From NCBI GenBank assembly GCA_046881885.1, contig JBKSMP010000026.1, forward strand, positions 1 through 32,000: a DNA stretch of 32,000 nucleotides, given 5' to 3'. The position numbers and the translations under genes are program-made. The stretch is from Opitutales bacterium (lineage in GTDB: Bacteria > Verrucomicrobiota > Verrucomicrobiia > Opitutales > UBA9783). Under the pieces are notes generated by a model. That model ran no database searches, was not told the DNA's origin, and saw nothing but the letters and a program-made list of their open reading frames with translations. Shown here piece by piece: positions 1-6,499 of this stretch. Position 1 is the stretch's first letter. Each line of letters starts with the position of its first letter.

Positions 1-195
1 TTTTTCATAAAATATTTCTCGCTCTATAGTTTATACTATCGGCATTTTTGCTAAAATCTTGAGAAAATTTTTGAAAAAAATGGCAGAAAGATTTTATAGT
101 TTTTTATTCAGTAAAGTTGTTAAAATTTGAAACACATGAATTTTTGGCAAAATTCTGAAAATTACATGTACCTTTTAATAGTAAACAACAAACAA

Positions 196-1014
196 TCAAA
201 CAAAATACTTAAATAATATGTAAGATAGGGGCAAGTTAAGAAGTAAGCTATCGATAAGGTCAAGGATGCCACCGATTCCGGGAATGGTTGTACCAGAATC
301 TTTTGTTTGAAGTTGGCGCTTAATGAGTGATTCTAGAAGGTCAGAAACGATAGAGCCCCATGCTAAAATCACTGAAAACATGAAGCAATGAAGGACACGA
401 AAGTTTTGTGGAAAATGAGGTAATAAATAAAACAACAAAAAGCCACCAAGTATTGCAAATAGAAAGCCACCTAAAACACCTTCCCAAGTTTTTTTAGGGC
501 TAACCGCAGGTGCTAAACGATGCTTTCCGACAGAACACCCTACGAAAAAGCCACCAACATCTGTTAATTTCGTAACAAATACAATCCAAAAGAGTATCGT
601 AAGGGTTGTTTCTGCTTGAAAGGCAAACAATTGTTCTAATTTTAGAAAAAAGTGAAGATTGAGAACAATATACCAAAATCCAAAAAGCGACGTTAAAAAC
701 GCTCTTGCGGTTTTTCCTCCAAAAACACTCCAATTACAGATTAAAATCAAGCTAATCGCGTATAATAAATCGGTAGAAACATTTGTTTTTTGAGTTAAAT
801 ACGCGTATAAAAGCGGAAAACAAAAGGCTAAACCTACATCGAAAATCGCCTGTTTTTTATCCGATTTAAGCAATTTTGCGAGTTCATATTGGGCACCTAC
901 TGAAAACGCAGTAATCAGCAAAAGAACACCTGTAAGTTTAAAATAAATAAGTATAAAAGCGAGCGTTCCCCACAAAAAGACAGAACTTGCCAAGCGTTGT
1001 TTTAAAGCATTCAT
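196..1014 (-). CDS. cdsA: Phosphatidate cytidylyltransferase (CDP-diglyceride synthase)
   Basis: 272-aa polytopic hydrophobic ORF. The C-terminal SLIKRQLQTKDSGTTIPGIGGILDLIDS matches the CdsA signature (S-x-x-K-R-x4-K-D ... P-G-H-G-G-x-x-D-R-x-D) except at the H and R positions. Its start overlaps the stop of the upstream uppS copy (ATGA), in the classic uppS-cdsA arrangement. Confidence 0.85.
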   Translation of the reverse strand: MNALKQRLASSVFLWGTLAFILIYFKLTGVLLLITAFSVGAQYELAKLLKSDKKQAIFDVGLAFCFPLLYAYLTQKTNVSTDLLYAISLILICNWSVFGGKTARAFLTSLFGFWYIVLNLHFFLKLEQLFAFQAETTLTILFWIVFVTKLTDVGGFFVGCSVGKHRLAPAVSPKKTWEGVLGGFLFAILGGFLLFYLLPHFPQNFRVLHCFMFSVILAWGSIVSDLLESLIKRQLQTKDSGTTIPGIGGILDLIDSLLLNLPLSYILFKYFV

Positions 1015-1814
1015 ATATTGCCGAAGCGACGATTCCTTTGTAAATAGTTCTCAATAGCTTTATCGACTTCTTGTTCATTAAAATCAGGCCAGTGAGTTTT
1101 CGTAAAGTAAAATTCACTATAAGCCGCTTGAAGAAGCAAATAATTACTCAAGCGTTGCTCGCCAGAAGTTCGAACAATGAGATCCGGATCGGGCATACCT
1201 GCCGTATAGAGTTGTTGCGCAAAGGTATCCCAAGTCAAGTCTTTGATCTCATTTGCCGGCAAAGCTTTAATCGCTCTTAAAACTTCCTCACGTGCTCCAT
1301 AATTCAAAGCTAGCGTAAATGTATGTTCGGTAAAATGAGCCGTAGCAGCCTTTACTTCTGCAATGGCTTTACGAGTAGCTTCCGGTAATGCATCGATATT
1401 TCCAATGGTTTGAAAACGAATTTTGTTTTCTAAAAATACAGATTTTTTCTTTTCTAAATAAGTAGTCAACAACTCAAAAATAACATCAATTTCCTGTTGT
1501 GGACGCTTCCAATTCTCCGTTGAAAAGGCATACAAGGTAATATAAGGAATATTCCAATGGTTGAAAATTCTATTAGCAATATCAAAAGCACGCTCTGCAC
1601 CTTCTTTATGACCTTCTGTGCGCGCTAAATTCCGTTGTTTTGCCCAACGACCGTTTCCATCCATAATAAAGGCAACATGCTTTAATGGCGCTTTTATCTG
1701 TATTTCGTTATTAACAGACGGTTTTGTAAGCTTAAAACGCAAAAGCATACAAGCAAATAATCCTAACAAGAGTGCAAAACTTAATCTTATCCAATATTTT
1801 TTTAGAGTGTTCAT
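1011..1814 (-). CDS. uppS: Undecaprenyl-diphosphate synthase paralog (cis-prenyltransferase) with a ~40-aa hydrophobic N-terminal extension
   Basis: Carries the FIMDGNGRWA motif, YAFSTENWKRP, and a C-terminal RRFG. Residues 41-267 align without gaps to the upstream copy. The N-terminus MNTLKKYWIRLSFALLLGLFACMLLRF looks like a signal anchor. ATGA overlaps occur at both ends. Confidence 0.85.
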   Translation of the reverse strand: MNTLKKYWIRLSFALLLGLFACMLLRFKLTKPSVNNEIQIKAPLKHVAFIMDGNGRWAKQRNLARTEGHKEGAERAFDIANRIFNHWNIPYITLYAFSTENWKRPQQEIDVIFELLTTYLEKKKSVFLENKIRFQTIGNIDALPEATRKAIAEVKAATAHFTEHTFTLALNYGAREEVLRAIKALPANEIKDLTWDTFAQQLYTAGMPDPDLIVRTSGEQRLSNYLLLQAAYSEFYFTKTHWPDFNEQEVDKAIENYLQRNRRFGNI

Positions 1815-2497
1815 ATATTTCCAAATCTTCGATTTCTTTGTAAATAGTTTTCAATAGCCTTATCGACTTCTTGATCATTAAAGTCTGGCCAATGTGTAGA
1901 TGTAAAGTAAAATTCGCTATAAGCCGCTTGTAGAAGCAAATAATTACTCAAACGTTGCTCGCCAGAAGTTCGAACAATGAGGTCCGGATCAGGCATACCT
2001 GCCGTATAAAGTTGTTGTGCAAAGGTATCCCAAGTCAAGTCTTTGATCTCATCTGCCGGCAAAGCTTTAATTGCCCTTAAAACCTCTTCTCGAGCGCCGT
2101 AATTTAAAGCTAGCGTTAGCGTATGGTCCATAAAATGAGCCGTAGCAGCCTTTACATCTGCGATAGCTTTACGTGTAGCTTCCGGTAACGCATCAATATT
2201 ACCAATCGTGTTAAGACGGATTTTATTTTCAACAAATACGGCTTTTTTCTTTGTTAAATAGGTCGCTAATAACTTAAAAATAACGCTAATTTCCTGTTGC
2301 GGCCGCTTCCAATTTTCTGTCGAAAAGGCATACAGGGTAATATACGGTATTTTCCAATGGTCAAATATGCGCTTGGCAACATCAAAAACACGTTGAGCAC
2401 CTTCCTTATGGCCTTCCGTTCGGGCTAAATTTCGTTGTTTAGCCCAACGACCATTACCATCCATAATAAAAGCGATATGCTTCAGCGGTGCTTTCAT
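1811..2497 (-). CDS. uppS: Undecaprenyl-diphosphate synthase (di-trans,poly-cis-decaprenylcistransferase)
   Basis: 228-aa ORF of canonical UppS length with the motifs MDGNGRWA, ENWKRP, RTSGEQRLSNYLLLQ and RRFG. GGAG lies 7 nt upstream of the ATG, inside the end of aspS. Confidence 0.9.
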   Translation of the reverse strand: MKAPLKHIAFIMDGNGRWAKQRNLARTEGHKEGAQRVFDVAKRIFDHWKIPYITLYAFSTENWKRPQQEISVIFKLLATYLTKKKAVFVENKIRLNTIGNIDALPEATRKAIADVKAATAHFMDHTLTLALNYGAREEVLRAIKALPADEIKDLTWDTFAQQLYTAGMPDPDLIVRTSGEQRLSNYLLLQAAYSEFYFTSTHWPDFNDQEVDKAIENYLQRNRRFGNI

Positions 2498-2500
2498 CGT

Positions 2501-4294
2501 TTACTCCTGTAGTTGCGGGATATACTGCAAACCTAACTCCTGTAATTGTTTTGCTTCAACAACGCCAGGGCTCATGGACATTAAATCCTGACCTTTTTGA
2601 GTCTTCGGGAAAGCGATTACATCACGAATACTTGTCGTGCCTGCCATAAGAGCGACCAAACGATCAAATCCAAGCGCAATACCCCCATGCGGAGGTGCAC
2701 CAAAAGAAAAAGCTTTCAACATGTATCCAAAACGATTTTCTACAACATCTACAGGCAATTTCAGCACATTTTCAAAAATAAAGCGTTGGATTTCAGGAGA
2801 ATGAATACGAATACTTCCGCCACCCAATTCGACACCATTCAAAACTAAATCGTAATGTTGTCCACGAACTGCTTGTGGATCAGTTTTTAATAAAGAAACA
2901 TCGTCTTTTACTGGGGAAGTAAAGGGATGATGTGTGGCTACAAACTTCTTCTGATCTTCATCGTAAGTTAACAACGGGAAATCAACCACCCATAGGAATT
3001 TATAATCATCTGCAGCTATTGTTAAAGCACCACGTTTTTGCAGAATTTGTGCAAGTTCTAAACGCACTTTTCCTAAAATTGTACAAGCTTTTTCCCAACG
3101 ATCTGCCATGAAGAATAAGCAATCATTTTCTTTGATCTGCAATTGGCTTGTTAATGCACTCTTTTCATCGTCTGACAAGAACTTTGTAAGCGGAGATTTC
3201 CATTCACCTTCTTTGATTTTAATATAAGCAAGTCCTTTGGCACCCAAATGCTTGGCGGTTTGTTCAAGACTCGCCAATTCGCCAGCTGTCATGTCGGCAA
3301 AATTCTCGACCTTCAAGACCTTAATTGCATCACCTTTATCGGCCACGCTCGCAAAGACTTTAAAATTAGATCCTTTGAAAACAGCTGTTACATCTTGCAG
3401 TTCGAGTCCGAAACGCATGTCAGGCTTGTCGGATCCAAAACGATTCATTGCATCTTTAAATGGCAAACGTAACAAAGGTGTCGAAATTGTAACTCCTAGG
3501 CAATCTTTCCACAATTTCGCAATAAGACCTTCAATAAGCGCATAAATATCTTCACGATCAATAAATGAAGCTTCTAAGTCAATTTGCGTAAACTCAGGTT
3601 GGCGATCCGCACGCAAATCTTCATCCCTGAAGCATTTTGCAAACGAAAAATACTTCTCAACCCCCGCCACCATAAGCATTTGCTTGTACTGCTGAGGAGA
3701 CTGTGTAAGCGCATAACAATTACCTGGATTCAAACGACTGGGCACCAAAAACTCACGGGCACCCTCTGGTGTACTCTTAAACAAAGCCGGAGTTTCAACT
3801 TCAAAAAAACCGTTAGCGTCTAAATAATTACGAATAACATTCGAAGCACGGTGCCGCAAACGCAAACGCTCTTGATTAACTTTTCTTCTTAAATCCAAGT
3901 ACCGATAGGTTAAACGTAAATCCTCACCTACTTTTTCAGCTTTTTCATCCAATGGGAATGGCAAGGTTTGACATATATTATGTATTGTAAGGGTTTCAAC
4001 CCAAACTTCAATCGCACCCGTAGCCAAACTTGCATGTACGGTTTCTTCAGGTCTCAAACGTACTTTTCCGGAAATTTCGATAACAGATTCTGTCTTTAAT
4101 TGGGCAATTTCCTTTGCAAAAACTTGCGTATCGAGAACTAATTGCGTAATACCTTCACGATCCCGCAAATCGATAAAACAAAGTCCGCCATGATCTCGCA
4201 AACTTTGGATCCAGCCCATTAAAATAACGGATTGCTCTAAATGCTCTTTACGTAATTCTCCACAATGATGCGTCCGTTTACTAAATTCCCTCAT
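2501..4294 (-). CDS. aspS: Aspartyl-tRNA synthetase
   Basis: Class IIb aaRS features are present: RTHHCGELR, FIDLRDREGITQLV, FRDEDLRADRQPEFTQIDLE, and GGGSIRIH...GFDRLV. The six-frame ORF starts at a TTG (4330). I prefer the first ATG (4294, MREFSKRTHHCGEL), which gives the usual short N-terminus; the start remains uncertain. Confidence 0.93.
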   Translation of the reverse strand: MREFSKRTHHCGELRKEHLEQSVILMGWIQSLRDHGGLCFIDLRDREGITQLVLDTQVFAKEIAQLKTESVIEISGKVRLRPEETVHASLATGAIEVWVETLTIHNICQTLPFPLDEKAEKVGEDLRLTYRYLDLRRKVNQERLRLRHRASNVIRNYLDANGFFEVETPALFKSTPEGAREFLVPSRLNPGNCYALTQSPQQYKQMLMVAGVEKYFSFAKCFRDEDLRADRQPEFTQIDLEASFIDREDIYALIEGLIAKLWKDCLGVTISTPLLRLPFKDAMNRFGSDKPDMRFGLELQDVTAVFKGSNFKVFASVADKGDAIKVLKVENFADMTAGELASLEQTAKHLGAKGLAYIKIKEGEWKSPLTKFLSDDEKSALTSQLQIKENDCLFFMADRWEKACTILGKVRLELAQILQKRGALTIAADDYKFLWVVDFPLLTYDEDQKKFVATHHPFTSPVKDDVSLLKTDPQAVRGQHYDLVLNGVELGGGSIRIHSPEIQRFIFENVLKLPVDVVENRFGYMLKAFSFGAPPHGGIALGFDRLVALMAGTTSIRDVIAFPKTQKGQDLMSMSPGVVEAKQLQELGLQYIPQLQE

Positions 4295-4383
4295 AAAAGT
4301 ATGATAAGAAAATTTTTCAAATGACGACAAGCTCGTTTTTAGAAAACTTTATAGCAGCATTTTTATAAGCATCTATTTTTTTG

Positions 4384-4412
4384 TTGAATAAAAAAATAAA
4401 AAGGCGTTAAAT
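4384..4412 (+). promoter_or_regulatory. Putative sigma-70-type promoter (TTGAAT-17 nt-TTAAAT)
   Basis: -35 TTGAAT at 4384-4389, a 17-nt spacer, and -10 TTAAAT at 4407-4412. The predicted start lies only ~2-3 nt before the ATG at 4422, and no SD is visible. Confidence 0.3.
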
Positions 4413-4421
4413 GACAAAACT

Positions 4422-4958
4422 ATGACGGTTATAACATTTTCTTGGCTTATAAGCATTTGCTTAATTATTCTAGGGATGAGCTTGATGCACTGCAGTGAAG
4501 ACAAAAGTACCAATTGCTTGCATTTTCTGCGTAATAACACCTGGGGGTTGACTTTATTTGGAATCGCTAGCTTTTGGTTTTTAATAAAAATAGCAAACTT
4601 GGGAGAAGCAGACTTTGGTGCTTACAAACATTGGTTGCTTTTTCTCTTTATCAGTGTTTTTATCGGTTGCGGAATTTACTGGAAAGATTTCTTAGTCGTT
4701 CGTGCCATAGCAATGTTAACCTTAATACTTTGCCATCTGGGATTACAAGTCGGTTACATGAGTCCAGCACTTGTACGTCCTTTCTTGTCGCTATTTTTTT
4801 ATAGTTTAATCATTCTGGCATTGTTTTTTGGAACTTATCCTTTCAAGGTAAGAGATTTGTTACCTATACTTTTTAGACGAAAAGCGCGTTTTTTAAAGCG
4901 ATTGGGAACCCTAAGTCTTTCCTACGGTCTTTTACTCATTATTTTATCGCTTCAATAA
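4422..4958 (+). CDS. Hypothetical integral membrane protein (about 5 hydrophobic segments)
   Basis: 178-aa ORF, strongly hydrophobic, with no recognised motif. It ends 1 nt before the gmk start, which suggests co-transcription. Confidence 0.6.
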   Translation: MTVITFSWLISICLIILGMSLMHCSEDKSTNCLHFLRNNTWGLTLFGIASFWFLIKIANLGEADFGAYKHWLLFLFISVFIGCGIYWKDFLVVRAIAMLTLILCHLGLQVGYMSPALVRPFLSLFFYSLIILALFFGTYPFKVRDLLPILFRRKARFLKRLGTLSLSYGLLLIILSLQ

Positions 4959-4959
4959 C

Positions 4960-5538
4960 ATGAAAAATTCTTTGCTGATCGTAGTAACCGGAACATCAGG
5001 TAGCGGAAAAACAACGCTATGCTCACGTTTTTTAACCGAATTTAAACAAGCCCAACGCGTTATCACAACAACAACAAGACTTCCTCGTCTGGGTGAATCA
5101 AATGGTATTGATTATTATTTTGAAGATAAAGCGCGTTTTTTACAAAGAGTATCCAATGAAGAATTTTTTGAATATGCGCTCGTTTATGAAAATTATTACG
5201 GAGTTTCGCGGGATGCAATTCTTGGAGTTGATTCCAAAAATGATTTAATCATTTGCCTTGATGTGCAAGGAGCAAAAACCTTGCAAGCTAAGTGGTGTTC
5301 TACAGTGGGGCGTCGATTGATAACTGTGTTCGTAAGTCCAGAAACACTGCAAGAACTGCATCATCGCCTTAAAATGCGTGATACCGACGATGAACAGACG
5401 ATCCAAAAACGCCTTCGTACGGCTGAAAAGGAGTTGGAAACTTTGTCTCAATTTGATTATCATCTGTGTAGTCGAGACAAAGAGCACGATTGGCAGTGTT
5501 TGCAACACATCTATTTTGCCGAGAAAATGCGTGTTTAA
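4960..5538 (+). CDS. gmk: Guanylate kinase
   Basis: P-loop GTSGSGKTTL, TTTRLPRLGESNGIDYYF, YENYYG, and a 192-aa length typical of Gmk. Confidence 0.9.
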   Translation: MKNSLLIVVTGTSGSGKTTLCSRFLTEFKQAQRVITTTTRLPRLGESNGIDYYFEDKARFLQRVSNEEFFEYALVYENYYGVSRDAILGVDSKNDLIICLDVQGAKTLQAKWCSTVGRRLITVFVSPETLQELHHRLKMRDTDDEQTIQKRLRTAEKELETLSQFDYHLCSRDKEHDWQCLQHIYFAEKMRV

Positions 5539-5948
5539 GCAATGTTTTCAAGATAAACCTCCTTACTTTGTTCCTGAGTGGGAATGGCTAATTGTGATAA
5601 GTTAAAATAAGCAAGACCTAATTTTCCAAGATTTGAGTCCCGAGAACAGGTTAAAATGGACTTACCATCTTCTTGGAAAGCACAACGACCTCTAGCATCT
5701 ATCGTAATCGATAACGTCGACGTAGGACTATTTCTAAACTCATTCAACAAAGGATCATTGATAATCGCATTGAAAAGATCTGCTTTCATGCTGGTTAACG
5801 TTTCCTTCGCGCAGCCTTTTCTTGACAAATGCTGCATGATTGCGTTAAAATTAATAACCTTATGTTCATTGCTTCTGATCTTATCTAAGGTTTGATCGAG
5901 CAGTGACGTTCCGATGGTTGATAGGCCGTTGATAATTAAAGGATGCAT
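5535..5948 (-). CDS. Hypothetical soluble protein with no recognisable family
   Basis: 137-aa ORF with an ATG start. Its stop overlaps the gmk stop on the opposite strand (shared TTAA). A sigma-54 consensus lies immediately upstream. I could find no motif. Confidence 0.55.
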   Translation of the reverse strand: MHPLIINGLSTIGTSLLDQTLDKIRSNEHKVINFNAIMQHLSRKGCAKETLTSMKADLFNAIINDPLLNEFRNSPTSTLSITIDARGRCAFQEDGKSILTCSRDSNLGKLGLAYFNLSQLAIPTQEQSKEVYLENIA

Positions 5949-5964
5949 ATACTATCCATTAAGC

Positions 5965-5980
5965 AGCAAAAAACGTGCCA
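5965..5980 (-). promoter_or_regulatory. Sigma-54 (RpoN) -24/-12 promoter element
   Basis: The minus strand reads TGGCACG-TTTT-TTGCT, matching TGGCACG-N4-TTGCW at every specified position with correct GG/GC spacing. It lies 17 nt upstream of the ATG at 5948. Confidence 0.6.
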
Positions 5981-6176
5981 ATTTTTACAAAAACAAATTT
6001 AACCTCATAAAGATTTTATTAAAATTTTTTGCGAAAGCTACCTAAATGCCGCACAAACACTGACTTTTCACCTTTTTAATTAAAATTAAAAAACCTTCAA
6101 TAATTATTGTTTTTTCTAAAAAATTTTCTTTTTTTCAAAAAACAAAAAATCTTGGCACAAAAATTTAGCAGTATGT

Positions 6177-6240
6177 GGAAAAAATTTCCTACCTTACCGG
6201 TCATATAAGTAGGAAAAATTTTCACATGGGAAAATTTTTC
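6177..6240. promoter_or_regulatory. Three related A/T-core palindromes (candidate operator or enhancer sites)
   Basis: GGAAAAAATTTCC (6177-6189), GGAAAAATTTTC (6212-6223) and GGAAAATTTTTC (6229-6240). Each is GGAAA/GAAAA dyad-symmetric with TTTCC/TTTTC. Confidence 0.4.
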
Positions 6241-6273
6241 TAGATTCGTCTACTTTGTAATAACTTTTATTGG

Positions 6274-6450
6274 ATTAAACGTCCTGCAAAAGTCGGACAT
6301 AAAAAAGTTTGTTATGTCGCATGAATAATGGTAAAAACTGCCGTTTAAAGGGGGTTAAATTTTTTTGACATTATTTTTCGCCTTCTAGGCCGCATAGACA
6401 CTCGGTTTTCTGGCGATTTTTGCGAGGACTTTTGCAGGATGTCTATTAAT
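6274..6450 (+). ncRNA. Candidate structured RNA or cis-leader (alternatively a MITE-like element) closed by a long-range inverted repeat
   Basis: TCCTGCAAAAGTC (6282-6294) is perfectly complementary to GACTTTTGCAGGA (6427-6439). The helix is extendable by ATTAA (6274-6278) pairing with TTAAT (6446-6450). Internal hairpins are GACATAA/TTATGTC (6296-6302/6312-6318) and TCGCC/GGCGA (6378-6382/6412-6416). The strand call rests on only one G-U pair (6281/6440). Confidence 0.35.
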
Positions 6451-6499
6451 AAAGTATTTGTAAAAGTAAAAAAGGATTAAGCTTGCCAAGGATTTTGTT

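Larger units (their letters stand above)
1011..2497. repeat. Tandem direct duplication of the uppS coding unit (period 800 bp)
   Basis: 1011-1697 and 1811-2497 are collinear and near-identical at the DNA level; for example the 1120-1260 and 1920-2060 blocks differ at only a few positions. A unique ~115-bp segment (about 1698-1814) encoding the hydrophobic extension separates the copies. Confidence 0.9.

Noticed and set aside
1-195. Possible minus-strand gene start (ATGAAAAA reading leftwards from position 8), and a terminator for cdsA
   Set aside because: Only two codons lie inside the window, and no convincing hairpin plus T-run is seen downstream of cdsA.
1011-2497. Considered whether the 800-bp periodic repeat reflects a mobile element or a CRISPR-like array
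   Set aside because: There are only two copies, and both are full-length intact uppS coding sequences with operon-style overlaps. This is a gene duplication.
3236-3251. TGGCACCCAAATGCTT, a sigma-54-like string on the plus strand
   Set aside because: The GG-GC spacing is 1 nt short, and it lies antisense inside aspS with no downstream ORF.
6152-6170. Plus-strand TGGCAC-aaaaattt-AGCA, which resembles a second sigma-54 promoter facing the beta-CASP gene
   Set aside because: The GC of the -12 element lies 2 nt too far from the GG. Sigma-54 spacing is essentially invariant, and TTAGCA is not TTGCW.
6365-6370. Perfect -35 hexamer TTGACA inside the candidate RNA element
   Set aside because: No acceptable -10 hexamer lies 16-19 nt downstream (GGCCGC is found there).
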